From a virus (lineage: Duplodnaviria > Heunggongvirae > Uroviricota > Caudoviricetes), in the IMG/VR virus record IMGVR_UViG_2681813305_000007: DNA of 64,000 nt. The stretch is one strand, 5' to 3'. The position numbers were made by a program, and so were the translations under genes. Every line of letters starts with the position of its first letter. The stretch's first letter is position 1. Below are positions 46,353 through 56,153 of this stretch, in pieces. A model generated the notes under the pieces. That model was not told the origin of the DNA. It made no database searches and worked only from the letters and a program-made list of their open reading frames with translations.

Positions 46353-47447
46353 TTAGCTGTGTGCGTAGATGACTGATTTTTTGCTGTTGATGTCGGTCTT
46401 AACCATCAGACCAGCAGCGCCCCAGGTACGCCAGATGTAATCGCTGTTGTAGAACGGACGCGGATCGGCAACGGTGCCGAAAGCCTGGCCTACAATCGGA
46501 GCAATCACGCCAGCGGTAAGCGGGACAATCAGGATCTGGTTACCGGTCAACTGAGCGTCTTCTTTAATCGCGGCAATGCCGGACAGTTTCAGAAGCTCTT
46601 GCAGGATGGTGTCAGACTGATAGTTGTCGCTGAAGTAGCGCTCAAGGTTGGAAATGATGGCGCTCGACACGTACCAGGTCTGCTCGGCGTACTGATTGTT
46701 GGTCAGTTTGAGCGTGTCGCGCAGCTTAATTGCTGCGTTACGGATCTGCTCAGCAGTGGCGGATGCGCTGGTGAAGTCGATATTCAGTCCAGATGCGCCC
46801 AGGTCAACCATCGCCACACGCTCGTCGTTCTTCAGACCCTTCCAGGTCTTATCGTCGAACTTGATGTAGTTACCTTCCGCGTCGCGATAGCCGTTGTAGA
46901 TGTAATCCACATACTGGCGGCGCACTTCGTTGGTTGACTCAAACTGAGCGTCAGAGATGATGTCGAACGCATCCGGGTTGTTCAGGCGAGGCTCACGCCA
47001 GTGGAACTTGAAGCCTGTATCGTGCACCGGAACCATAGTACCGTCGTACTGGTACTGCACAGCATCCAGCGCAGCGCCGATCTGGCCTGACATGGAGGTA
47101 TGAGCCCACATGCGGCCGCCAGACTTGGCGTATTCATACACCGTCTGATTGATGCGCACCGAACGTGACAGCGGCATCAGGTCGTTAAACAGTGTGAACT
47201 CAGTGTTCGGCTGGAATTGACGCAGCACGGTCTGGTCAAAGGCCTTGTACAGGTCAGCAGGTGAGCGAACAGCGTTGATGCCGTTGAGATGGTTAACAGC
47301 ATTAAGCCGGTCGGCGATCTCCTGCATAACGTTGACACCCTGATGGTTCAGCGCGGCATTACGCTCCATACTCAGCATTCCAAACTGGTATTGGTTCACA
47401 GCTAGGTTGCCGGTCTTTTCGCCCAGCGATTTAGAATAAACAAGCAT
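46353..47447 (-). CDS. Major capsid protein (DUF2184-like)
   Basis: 364 aa, at the position and in the gene trio (DUF2213-like, DUF2190-like, capsid) shared with prophage A. Confidence 0.65.
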   Translation of the reverse strand: MLVYSKSLGEKTGNLAVNQYQFGMLSMERNAALNHQGVNVMQEIADRLNAVNHLNGINAVRSPADLYKAFDQTVLRQFQPNTEFTLFNDLMPLSRSVRINQTVYEYAKSGGRMWAHTSMSGQIGAALDAVQYQYDGTMVPVHDTGFKFHWREPRLNNPDAFDIISDAQFESTNEVRRQYVDYIYNGYRDAEGNYIKFDDKTWKGLKNDERVAMVDLGASGLNIDFTSASATAEQIRNAAIKLRDTLKLTNNQYAEQTWYVSSAIISNLERYFSDNYQSDTILQELLKLSGIAAIKEDAQLTGNQILIVPLTAGVIAPIVGQAFGTVADPRPFYNSDYIWRTWGAAGLMVKTDINSKKSVIYAHS

Positions 47448-47458
47448 TCAGTGACTCC

Positions 47459-47887
47459 TTACTTGATCACTACGCGAATGAGATCGCCAGCAGCGGCGGT
47501 AATTGAGCGCTCTTCGTCGCAATAGCAGCGATCGTTTTCACCGGTGGCCCACTTCTTAACCTGGCCATTAACGATTGAAAGAGCGTCGCCTTTTTTATAG
47601 GTGCCGGCCGCTGCGCGCACATTCAGGAACATGCCAGGTAGCGGATGGATGCCAACCAGCAGATCGTCGACAGCAAACGTGTCATCTACCGTTTTGCAGC
47701 GCAGATAATCGAAGTCAGCGACATAGATAATTGCTGTCTCGCTACCATCAACCGACACCTTGAAGACGCCAGCATCGAAGAAGCCCAGGGTGCCGGGCTT
47801 GACCGCGGTGGCGCGGCCTTCACGGTTGAGCAGCGGATTAGGGAATACGCCACCGGCGTGAATTACATGTTTTCCGTCTTTAGCCAT
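47459..47887 (-). CDS. Head decoration/cement-like protein (DUF2190-like)
   Basis: 142 aa; counterpart of 4678..5172. Confidence 0.45.
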   Translation of the reverse strand: MAKDGKHVIHAGGVFPNPLLNREGRATAVKPGTLGFFDAGVFKVSVDGSETAIIYVADFDYLRCKTVDDTFAVDDLLVGIHPLPGMFLNVRAAAGTYKKGDALSIVNGQVKKWATGENDRCYCDEERSITAAAGDLIRVVIK

Positions 47888-47890
47888 TTT

Positions 47891-49276
47891 TTACTCCGGC
47901 ATTTCGCTGACTGATTGGATATTGGTAGCCTGGCGGAAAGCGCCATTCAGGCCGGTTGAAGTCTGGCATTGAGCAAACAACTCTTTCAGGGGCTCGCCGT
48001 CCAGCGCGTTGACCGCGATATCGGTCATGCCAAATTTGGCTTTTACCGCTGCGCGCATGTTGCTCTTCTCGCTTTCCGAGTTCGCGTTGATCTTGCTGTT
48101 AAGCGCCAAAACCTGATCGGACAGAGCTTTTGCCCAGGCGGGCATCTCTTCATTGTTGGCGGCCTTTTCCGTCTTCTTGGGTGCGCCAGTATCCGGGGCG
48201 ATTTCTTCATCGCCCTTTTTCTTGGCGGTGACCTCTTCGGCCTTCATCTGGTTGTAAGCGTCCATCAGTTCGGCATCGGACTTGCCTTCAGTCGGCTTAC
48301 CCGCGGCTTGGAGCGCATTGATAATCAGTTCTTTCATCGGATCGTTCTCTCCGTTGGTTTTAATCTCGTACTCAATGGGTTTGCGCACGACTTCTACAGG
48401 TTCGCCGACGAACACGGCTTTGCCGTCATCATCGATGAGGTACTTCTGCTTTAGGTATCTGGTGTCATCGCGGTAGATGAAGCTGTCTGGCCACACCGTT
48501 TCTGGCCATAGCCACTTATCTTCTGTGTCACCCTCACGCAGCTTGTCGCTGATGGCGCGTGAAATGTCGTCAAAAGAGAAGTTGGAGGCGTTGGTGAAGA
48601 AGAATTTTGTCTTGTTGAGCAGACCTTCGCGGGTGCAGTCGATACCATCAGCAAGGCGAGCAACTTCGATCTGCTGCTCATGACCTTCTGAGTTGACGAA
48701 GATGCCCACGCCTTCTTCCGGAGTTCCGGCGCCAGGCTCATCGAGCAGCACCGCCACATGGTCAAACATCATGTTGGTGGCGATCTCGTTGTACTTCTTT
48801 CCCTTCGACTCGCCATTAGCGGCAATGCCGGAATACAAGAGTCCTGTGGAGATGTGGATGGGTTCTGAGTTGGTACCGGCGATCATCTCATCAAGGCGGT
48901 TAATCAGGCGCTTGCCCTTCTCGCTTGACTCGGCGTACTGGCGGTTAACGTACATATCGCCCGTCACCTTCCCGTCTTCGTGGCTGACGTTCTGCAGCCA
49001 TGCGCCTACGTGATATTCATTCACCGCCCGGACATCGCGAGCAGACACATGCTTGCCGTCAACCTTCGGGTGGCCCAGCGGCATCGGGTTACGCTCAAGC
49101 GTGTTGTAGGCCTTTTCGATTTCTGCTGCCGGGTACAACTTCCGGTTCATCACGATATCGTCCACGACAGGCGTGATGCCGCGAACCACGATATGTGGCT
49201 TGCCGTCGATGGTTTCAGTGGTGATGTTTGAAGCGGAGTTGACGACGGTCAGCACGTTAACGCGGTTGCGTTTCAT
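47891..49276 (-). CDS. Prohead scaffold/protease-like protein (DUF2213-like)
   Basis: 461 aa with a conserved N-terminal domain (…PMPLGHPKVDGKHVS…) and an acidic/Lys-rich C-terminal half. Confidence 0.5.
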   Translation of the reverse strand: MKRNRVNVLTVVNSASNITTETIDGKPHIVVRGITPVVDDIVMNRKLYPAAEIEKAYNTLERNPMPLGHPKVDGKHVSARDVRAVNEYHVGAWLQNVSHEDGKVTGDMYVNRQYAESSEKGKRLINRLDEMIAGTNSEPIHISTGLLYSGIAANGESKGKKYNEIATNMMFDHVAVLLDEPGAGTPEEGVGIFVNSEGHEQQIEVARLADGIDCTREGLLNKTKFFFTNASNFSFDDISRAISDKLREGDTEDKWLWPETVWPDSFIYRDDTRYLKQKYLIDDDGKAVFVGEPVEVVRKPIEYEIKTNGENDPMKELIINALQAAGKPTEGKSDAELMDAYNQMKAEEVTAKKKGDEEIAPDTGAPKKTEKAANNEEMPAWAKALSDQVLALNSKINANSESEKSNMRAAVKAKFGMTDIAVNALDGEPLKELFAQCQTSTGLNGAFRQATNIQSVSEMPE

Positions 49277-49295
49277 GCTGGGTCCTCGTTAGTGG

Positions 49296-49325
49296 ATTTC
49301 AGGCAATAAAAAAGGCCGCCGTGGC
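49296..49325 (-). terminator. Hairpin plus U-run between the AT-rich moron and the scaffold gene (AGGUCGCC-ACG-GCGGCCUU, UUUUUAUUG)
   Basis: A near-duplicate of the 44318..44345 hairpin. Confidence 0.4.
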
Positions 49326-49348
49326 GACCTATTCATGTATATAAAACA

Positions 49349-49837
49349 CTACCGTGTGTTTAAATCTGTAATGATTTTGTTGTATATGGCTTCAAAGAAA
49401 CGAGTCATATCTACATTACCGTCAACTTCATAGCATTTGATTGTATTTGTTAATGCATTGGATACAAAATCATATTCATCTCCGTCTCTGCAGACGTTTA
49501 TATCAAATAATATATTTGATGTGCCGTCACTTGCACCCACCCCACCTATTCTCAGGCAGCAGTAGAAGCATAAAAAATTATTATCCTTCGGCAACTGGCT
49601 GTCAAAGGCATCATCAACGCATTGCTTTTCCTCATCATAAACGCCAATTGTTAGCACTGGAATTCGTTCATTTGATGAATCTTTAATTATTTCGTTGTTG
49701 ACGCCAAGGAATTCTGAGAAATCCTTATTGAATTTATTATAGACCTTATACAAACCACTCCAGTACAAGTCTTCTTTCTGACTTTTCCTTAATGCCGCAC
49801 TCCGAAGCTCATCATATCTGGACATCTGAACCTCCAA
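49349..49837 (-). CDS. AT-rich moron protein of unknown function inside the head module
   Basis: 162 aa (or 158 aa from the second ATG); its GC is far below the flanking genes, and it has a Cys-rich patch (FLCFYCCLRIGG). Confidence 0.5.
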   Translation of the reverse strand: MEVQMSRYDELRSAALRKSQKEDLYWSGLYKVYNKFNKDFSEFLGVNNEIIKDSSNERIPVLTIGVYDEEKQCVDDAFDSQLPKDNNFLCFYCCLRIGGVGASDGTSNILFDINVCRDGDEYDFVSNALTNTIKCYEVDGNVDMTRFFEAIYNKIITDLNTR

Positions 49838-49866
49838 TTTTAATGAGATTCAAATCTATCATCATT

Positions 49867-50871
49867 CTATGGTGTCGTCTCTAACCAACTTTTACGTTCT
49901 TTCTCCAGCTTCTCAGCCAACCCCTGATTGAAAATGCTACCGTCGTCATTGAGCAACACCGGAATCTGGCTGCAGTAGCAGTTGTACCGGTTGCCGTTCT
50001 CAGCGTAGAAGTCTCGCACCTGCTCGGTGGTGTATACCTTTCCGTGACGGCTGGCATGCCAGCTGCGCGTGGTCGGTTTGAGCGCAGATAGCCACAGCAG
50101 GCCGGTTTTCAGCCCAAGCCGATCCGCTGCCCAGTCCGTTTCGTTCCATTGCGCCTGGCGCAGTGCGCCAACCTGCTCAGTCTGAGCGATAGTCTTTGCG
50201 CGGCCCATAGAGACATCAAGGCGCTTGCTTACCACCTGCGCCGTTTCGCGGGGATTCACACCGCGCCCAACGGCATCCGCGATGATGTTCGCCAGGTCAC
50301 CGCGCGCCCGGTCAGCTTCCAGCTTCCAGTCGCTATACGTGCTGATGTAGGCACTGGCGATCTGGTTCTGGTATGCAGGGCTGCTTAAAAGCTGCTGAAG
50401 CGTCGTCTGGCTGGCGTACACCTGCGACTGCTGCGAGAGGTTGTTGAAGGCCTCCAGCGTGCCGCGCTGCGCCTCTGCGGCGACGTAATCCATCGCCCAC
50501 AGGCTTTGTTCGCCGCCTTCCAGCAGGTAATCGTCGAGAATAACCTGTACCGCTTCGAGCAGGTCGGCCAGTTCCTGCGCTGACATGTCGTAGATGAACT
50601 TGCCAGCGCTGACCTGGTAGAGCGTTGGCTCTGCACCGTTAACGTGACACAGGAAATGCCAGTTGTGGCTGTTAACCTCTCGCTCTCTCCCGGTCAGACG
50701 CTGGTCAAACAGTGCTTTCAGAGCACGCTTGATGCCGAGATAACGGTCCTCGATATCCCGGAACATCGCGCTGACCTGCTTCGCTGATCGAGTCGGGTCA
50801 ACCTTGCTGCGCGGAACTATCGGCAGCCCCACCTTTGCCGTCTGCTCAGGTGTCATCGGCCAGTGGATCAT
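49867..50871 (-). CDS. Minor head protein (Mu F / SPP1 gp7-like)
   Basis: 334 aa, immediately downstream of the portal and overlapping its 3' end. Confidence 0.6.
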   Translation of the reverse strand: MIHWPMTPEQTAKVGLPIVPRSKVDPTRSAKQVSAMFRDIEDRYLGIKRALKALFDQRLTGREREVNSHNWHFLCHVNGAEPTLYQVSAGKFIYDMSAQELADLLEAVQVILDDYLLEGGEQSLWAMDYVAAEAQRGTLEAFNNLSQQSQVYASQTTLQQLLSSPAYQNQIASAYISTYSDWKLEADRARGDLANIIADAVGRGVNPRETAQVVSKRLDVSMGRAKTIAQTEQVGALRQAQWNETDWAADRLGLKTGLLWLSALKPTTRSWHASRHGKVYTTEQVRDFYAENGNRYNCYCSQIPVLLNDDGSIFNQGLAEKLEKERKSWLETTP

Positions 50872-52267
50872 CGGTTGTCACCTTGTCATTCGGGTTAGGT
50901 GGTTGCTTTGGCTCAGGCTGAGGGTCGAGGCCTACAATCTCGCGTAGTTCGTTGGCAGTGAATGGCGGCTCGCCACCATAGAAGCCCGACGTTTTCTGGA
51001 CGATATCAGCCAGTTTCGAGGCGTTCTCGATTTTCTCCTTCTCGCCAGGCGCCAGCAGGTCAGTCCATGAAATGGTGACCTCTCCGTTTGTCGGCGGATC
51101 TATAATGCCCAGGGTCCAGAAGCGCTCCAGCAAGGCTGTGATTCTGTCAGTCAGGAAGCCGTTGCGGCGGGTATTGCGGCGAATGGCCCAGTCTGTTTTA
51201 TCCTCATCGCTCGCCAGTCGTCCGGTCTGCTGTCCAAACAGGATGGTGAAAGGTATCTGTACGGAGGCGGCCAGTTCGTTCGCGGTGACCTCCCACGTCG
51301 GCCCCGGGTCGCCTGGCGTAACGCTCAGAACATGCATCTGCCCGGCCTGCATCACGGCGGCCGCATCGGTGCCGCGGTTAAGCTTGTTGACCTTGTCCCC
51401 CATCGCTTCGCCGAGGTCGGCATAACCAGCCTTCTTCGCCAGATCGGACAGCGTAGCCATGTCTGTTTCTTTGCTGAACTCGACCGCGATCTGCCGGCTG
51501 GCATTTTTCAGGAAGCCCTCAGCGCCACCGCCGGAAATCTTCTCAAGGTCGAGTCCTTTGTTGTATCCGGCCTCAAGCAGGGGGATACCCGACAGAACGT
51601 TGTCATCCTCTGAGCCTTCGCAGAACAGGATCACCCTGCTCGGATGCACAGGCTCACCGCGCGTCGGTCCGACGAAAGCCTCGTCTCCAACCGGCTGCTC
51701 GTTGAAGTTGAACATCTTCGGCTGGCCGAACGTCTCGGACTGGCGATCGTTATCCCATTCGGCAACTGTCAGTTGCGGCTCCCATACCGGGATAAGTTTT
51801 ACCAGCGCTGACTCGCCCAGGGATTTCACCAGCCTGGTATCTACTGGATCGCTCCATGCCTTGCTATCTTTCACCTGCAGCAGCAGTGCGGAGTAACGCC
51901 CGACCATATTGCGGCGATCGGCATCCTTCACCTTCGGCCACAACTTCTTCATAAACTTGGTTACTTTCTTTTCCCAGGCGTTTGCTTTCTCCGCTTTCTG
52001 CGCTTCATCACCGTCAACAATGACCGGATAGTCCTGCCAGCAACCATCCAGAAGACGATGCACCACTGCGAAACCCGCGGCGTTGCGGCGGTACATGTTG
52101 TAGAAGTCATGGAAGGTAATGGTTCGCGGGTAGCCAAATTCCTGATAGAGCGTCGGGCGCTTGGTATTGCCACCGCCGATACCGATGGCGTTAAGGTAAT
52201 TCGCTCGCCGCATTTCAGTGGCGAGATTGTTCACAGCCAGTTGAAGGCCGTTATCTTGTTCGCTCAC
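50846..52267 (-). CDS. Portal protein (DUF1073-type, from memory)
   Basis: 473 aa, after TerL, with an acidic C-terminus. Confidence 0.7.
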   Translation of the reverse strand: MSEQDNGLQLAVNNLATEMRRANYLNAIGIGGGNTKRPTLYQEFGYPRTITFHDFYNMYRRNAAGFAVVHRLLDGCWQDYPVIVDGDEAQKAEKANAWEKKVTKFMKKLWPKVKDADRRNMVGRYSALLLQVKDSKAWSDPVDTRLVKSLGESALVKLIPVWEPQLTVAEWDNDRQSETFGQPKMFNFNEQPVGDEAFVGPTRGEPVHPSRVILFCEGSEDDNVLSGIPLLEAGYNKGLDLEKISGGGAEGFLKNASRQIAVEFSKETDMATLSDLAKKAGYADLGEAMGDKVNKLNRGTDAAAVMQAGQMHVLSVTPGDPGPTWEVTANELAASVQIPFTILFGQQTGRLASDEDKTDWAIRRNTRRNGFLTDRITALLERFWTLGIIDPPTNGEVTISWTDLLAPGEKEKIENASKLADIVQKTSGFYGGEPPFTANELREIVGLDPQPEPKQPPNPNDKVTTDDPLADDT

Positions 52268-52279
52268 TGGCGATGCTCC

Positions 52280-53752
52280 TTAGAAGAATACTGTGCCGAC
52301 CTGCTTGCGGTTGTTCTTCGCCACGGCAAAGTAACGAAAGCTGTCGGCGCCGTGCGATGTGAAGTCGTGAAGGGGTTTGTCTTTCCAGCAGCCGCGCTTG
52401 TCGTCCCACTCCTTGCGGTAACCTTCGAGGTGGGAAATGCCAACAGCGCACTTCTCCTCATCGAAAACGCAGGACTTGAGGATTTCACGCACCGACTCAA
52501 TGCCGGTGTCGATCCCCGCTTTAGGCACAACGCGGAAGTTCATCGAATACACCCGGCCGTCAATCTCGTATCCCTCGCGCGCCAGCTCTTTGCGAGACTT
52601 CGCATCAGCTGCAAACTCGCGGTTCTCGATGTCGTGCGGCCCCCAGTGCTCACCGTACTCATAGCCGCGGTCTTTCAGCACCTTCATGTAGTGCCGAAGC
52701 CCTTCGCCAGAGTTTTCGTAGTAGTCGATGACGTGGAACTCTTCGCCGACCTCGCGAACGAACCAGATCGCCGTGGAGTCCCCCACACCAATATCCCAGA
52801 ACGTGTTAACCGGTAGATGGGAGTTATCCGGGATTTGGCCGATCCGCTTGTTGGTGTAGAGCCAGCGGAATTGTTTGGCGTAGTACGCGCCCTCGACCGA
52901 CTGCTGGAACGCCTCTGCCGGAATGGTCGGGTATTCGCGCTTCATGTCGTCGCCGAGCGTCTTTTCTTTGGCGTAATACCACGCCTTTTGGCGTTCGTTA
53001 ACGACTATGCCGTGTTTCGCCTCCATCTCAGCAAAGTACTCAATCAGGCGTGCAGGGAGCAGTTCTACCGGGTCAATTGCGTACTGCGGATTCTTCCACC
53101 AGGAGAAGAAGAAAAACTTCCAGTCCAGCGCAGATAACGGTTTGCCCTGCAGCAGTGCTTTCTCTGCCGCTTGGCAGTAATCGAAGAAGTAACCCGCCCT
53201 GCCCTCTGCAGTGCTCTCGATAGTAGCGAAGCATCCTGTCGATACCGCCTCAAACGCACCGGTGACGATTTCACGGGCTTTATCCGGATACTTTGCGCAT
53301 ATCTTTCCGAACTCGGAAACGTGCAGGTAACGCAGCGTGCCGCCACGAAATGAGGTGCTTACGTAGAGTGATCCGCCCTTCTTAAAGACCAGCTCGCCGG
53401 CTGAGTCGTTGCTCGCCGGATTGGCTGCCTTTATCTCGGCCGGCAGCTTGTCGTAGGCATATTTCACCTTTTCCCGGAACAGGCGCTTTGCGTCATTCAG
53501 CGTATGGGCGATCAGCGCGCACTTTGCCGACTCGAACAGAGCAGCGTCGAGCTGGATGATGCACACCTCTGTGGTGAAGCCGAGCTGGCGAGCTTTCAGG
53601 ATGATGTTGCGGGTATGGATTCCCTCGAAGTATTCCCGCTGCTCCGGCGTCATTCTGAAGCGGGTCGGCTTGCCTTCTTTGTCGGTGATCCAGTAAAGAT
53701 TGTTCAGCCGCCAGTCTTTATCAGCTAGCAGCTTGAGATGCTCAGGCTTCAT
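52280..53752 (-). CDS. terL: Terminase large subunit
   Basis: 490 aa with an ATPase N-terminus (…ILKARQLGFTT…) and a nuclease C-terminus (…WDIGVGDSTAIWF… HDFTSHGADSFRY). Confidence 0.85.
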   Translation of the reverse strand: MKPEHLKLLADKDWRLNNLYWITDKEGKPTRFRMTPEQREYFEGIHTRNIILKARQLGFTTEVCIIQLDAALFESAKCALIAHTLNDAKRLFREKVKYAYDKLPAEIKAANPASNDSAGELVFKKGGSLYVSTSFRGGTLRYLHVSEFGKICAKYPDKAREIVTGAFEAVSTGCFATIESTAEGRAGYFFDYCQAAEKALLQGKPLSALDWKFFFFSWWKNPQYAIDPVELLPARLIEYFAEMEAKHGIVVNERQKAWYYAKEKTLGDDMKREYPTIPAEAFQQSVEGAYYAKQFRWLYTNKRIGQIPDNSHLPVNTFWDIGVGDSTAIWFVREVGEEFHVIDYYENSGEGLRHYMKVLKDRGYEYGEHWGPHDIENREFAADAKSRKELAREGYEIDGRVYSMNFRVVPKAGIDTGIESVREILKSCVFDEEKCAVGISHLEGYRKEWDDKRGCWKDKPLHDFTSHGADSFRYFAVAKNNRKQVGTVFF

Positions 53753-54354
53753 TACGCCCCCTGAGACAAGGAATCCATCAGTTCAGAGAGTTGCTTAACA
53801 GAATTGTCGCCTTCCGGCCCGTCGATGTCGTAGGCCTGGCGTTCAAGTCCGATCAGGTTCTTCAGCGCTTCGCTGAGAGCTTTCACCGATTTAACGCGCT
53901 CCGGCATGCTGATGACCTTGTGGTAAATCTCGTTAAGCTTGTCCTGTCCCTTGTCGTCTGGTTCAAGCATCAACTCTCCGAGCTTCTCCAGCGCGGCCAC
54001 ATCAGCACACTCGGCGCCTAGCTCATCAAACAGCGCGTTCGTTATCTGCCGGGCGCGCTTGATATCACCGCGATGCTCCATGCGGACACTGGCGATTACC
54101 TCTGCAGTCGCTTCAATCAGTACGCGTTCGTTCAAAGTGACTTCACTGCGTACCTGCTTGCGTACCTCTGCTTTGCGTACCAGATCGTCAGCACGTTCCT
54201 TCACTTTCGCATTCAGGTCGCGAGACCAGTCGTCACGCTTTGCTCGCTTACGGATAGCACCTTCGCTGATACCGTGCTGCGATGCAATTTCACGGAGGGA
54301 CATCACCCCGGCCCGGTACGCCGTCTCGATGGCCTCCCAGTCCGGTGTTGCCAT
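53752..54354 (-). CDS. terS: Terminase small subunit
   Basis: MATPDWEAIETAYRAGVMSLREIASQHGISEGAIRKRAKR… is homologous to the prophage A TerS N-terminus; an ATGA overlap couples it to TerL. Confidence 0.6.
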   Translation of the reverse strand: MATPDWEAIETAYRAGVMSLREIASQHGISEGAIRKRAKRDDWSRDLNAKVKERADDLVRKAEVRKQVRSEVTLNERVLIEATAEVIASVRMEHRGDIKRARQITNALFDELGAECADVAALEKLGELMLEPDDKGQDKLNEIYHKVISMPERVKSVKALSEALKNLIGLERQAYDIDGPEGDNSVKQLSELMDSLSQGA

Positions 54355-54570
54355 GGTTCTGTTCCTGTGGTTAAAGCCATTAATAAAGCCACCCGGTTAA
54401 TGAACTGCCCTCCATAAAGGTGGCCTTTGTGATATCAATTAATCTACTGAAAACACTTGTAAGCGTTATCCAATATCTGTATTTGTGAAGTAATGTCATT
54501 TTTATTCAAAGTAATGGCATGCAAGATACTTATTGATGTCGCTCCTATCATCCAGCCATGAGGTATTGCA

Positions 54571-54735
54571 GTGATAAACATTTTTCTGAAAATTTTCGGT
54601 TTTTTTGCCTCCATATGGTCAGGCCTAAGCAACGAGCAGAAAGATAAAATCATCAACATCCTTGTTGATGCATTTGAAGGGATTTTTCGCAAGTATTTTC
54701 GCGATAGTAAAAATGAGGTGAAGCATGGTTAAGCT
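54571..54735 (+). CDS. Possible 54-aa membrane miniprotein (GTG start), first gene of a plus-strand AT-rich moron
   Basis: A GAGGTA RBS lies 5 nt upstream; the N-terminus VINIFLKIFGFFASIWSGL is hydrophobic; the stop overlaps the next start. Confidence 0.3.
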
Positions 54736-55054
54736 TAAAGATGTGGTGCGCAATGTCATCTCTGGAGCTAATAAACAGCTTCCAGACCATTCGACAACAC
54801 AATCTACTGCATCTACTGCTCTGGCAACTGAGATTTACACCAAAATCTCTTGTATAGGTCCCAGAGCGTTAGGCATTGGTGGAGATAAGCAATCTGATTT
54901 TTCCAATCAAGCTGCTGAACTGGTGACCGATGAAAAATTTCTTGACGAGCTTCAAGATAAAATTGGTAATCCTCAAGCCAATGAGAATGAGGACGAATTT
55001 ATTCACAGAGCCAAAAAAGAAATGCGCAACCTGTTGAAATCTAAATTAAAGTAG
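54725..55054 (+). CDS. Hypothetical protein (plus-strand AT-rich moron between terS and the lysis genes)
   Basis: 109 aa with a GAGGTGA RBS; a hairpin plus T-run lies at 55105-55136 downstream. It runs opposite to all surrounding phage genes. Confidence 0.4.
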   Translation: MVKLKDVVRNVISGANKQLPDHSTTQSTASTALATEIYTKISCIGPRALGIGGDKQSDFSNQAAELVTDEKFLDELQDKIGNPQANENEDEFIHRAKKEMRNLLKSKLK

Positions 55055-55159
55055 ATAAAACAGCTAGTCTTTGCATTCTGCTTACAATGCAATAAACGAT
55101 AAGAGCGGCTCTTATGGCCGCATTTACCATTTTTCTTATGGGAATGGAGAAGTGCTATC

Positions 55160-55624
55160 TCAATTGCATTGAGTGTTGATGTACTCCTGCAGCGTCTTCA
55201 GGGCCGTCTGATCTCGCTGGATGCCGGCTCTGATACCGAGAACGTTTCGTCCAGCAACTGAAGAGAGTTCGACGGTGGCATCATCGCCCATGCTGGGGGC
55301 GCCGGCAGTTTGGGTTGAGGCTGACACTGGACACTTGCCTTTGACGAGCACCCGACCACCATTATCAAGCTTACGCTGCAGAGCATCATTTTCAGCTTTT
55401 GCATCGGCTAACTCCTTCGTGTATTTGGCATCGAGCGCTGCGACTTCTCTCTGGCGGGTCTGCATGTCAGCGATGGTGTCTTTCGCCAGGCTGAGCTGCT
55501 CAGTCGCTTTGTCCCGCTGCCTTTTGAACTCGGTGGCGTTGTCGTGGTAGTGACTGGCCAGCCACCCAAGGCAAACAACCAGGCAGATCACAATGGCGCT
55601 GATAATGGCTGCTAATCGGCTCAT
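55160..55624 (-). CDS. i-spanin (Rz-like)
   Basis: N-terminal TM segment plus coiled coil. The first approximately 25 aa are near-identical to prophage A Rz; the sequence then diverges. Confidence 0.6.
   Translation of the reverse strand: MSRLAAIISAIVICLVVCLGWLASHYHDNATEFKRQRDKATEQLSLAKDTIADMQTRQREVAALDAKYTKELADAKAENDALQRKLDNGGRVLVKGKCPVSASTQTAGAPSMGDDATVELSSVAGRNVLGIRAGIQRDQTALKTLQEYINTQCN
55198..55404 (-). CDS. o-spanin (Rz1-like lipoprotein) fully embedded in Rz in the +1 frame
   Basis: It has the lipobox MMLCSVSLIMVVGCSS and is Pro-rich. Confidence 0.5.
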   Translation of the reverse strand: MQKLKMMLCSVSLIMVVGCSSKASVQCQPQPKLPAPPAWAMMPPSNSLQLLDETFSVSEPASSEIRRP

Positions 55625-56151
55625 TCATCTATTCCCCAACATGCCAGTGCGCTTTCCTGATCACGGCGAGAAACCTGGCCATAACAATTGTTGGAACGCA
55701 CGCGGCAATCTTTTCCGCCATCAAAAATCCACCGGCGAATTTCAGCGCAGGCGCCTTTCCGGTCACCGGCATTCAGCTTGCGGTAGAAGGTGGAAGGAAA
55801 GCACTTACCGGGCCCGATGTTATATGGGCAGAAACTGGCAATCCCGACCTTTTGAGGAGGCGTCAGACGAACACGCACATTCTGATCTACCCATGCCAGC
55901 GCCTCATTGCGCTCGACGGCATTCACCTGATCGCATTTGGCCTGGGTTAACTTCATCCCCTGCGTTACAGGTCTTCCATCTACCCGGGTAGCTCCACGAC
56001 ATATCGTCCATATGCCGGCGCCATCGCGGTATGAAGTGAGGCTCTTGCCCTCTTTCTCATTCAGGAACTGATCCATGAGAACGGGAGCTGATGCGCCAGC
56101 GGCGATAAGCGCCAGCATGGCCGCGCTGAGTTTTGTTTTCAGGTTAGCCAT
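55621..56151 (-). CDS. SAR endolysin (GH24 lysozyme)
   Basis: 176 aa, differing from 11869..12399 at only a handful of positions. Confidence 0.8.
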   Translation of the reverse strand: MANLKTKLSAAMLALIAAGASAPVLMDQFLNEKEGKSLTSYRDGAGIWTICRGATRVDGRPVTQGMKLTQAKCDQVNAVERNEALAWVDQNVRVRLTPPQKVGIASFCPYNIGPGKCFPSTFYRKLNAGDRKGACAEIRRWIFDGGKDCRVRSNNCYGQVSRRDQESALACWGIDE

Positions 56152-56153
56152 CG

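Noticed and set aside
52058-52816. 252-aa plus-strand ORF
   Set aside because: Antisense across the portal/TerL junction of prophage B.
54444-54692. 82-aa minus-strand ORF in the AT-rich moron
   Set aside because: The plus-strand alternative has strong RBSs, start/stop coupling and a downstream terminator; the minus-strand ORF has no obvious RBS.
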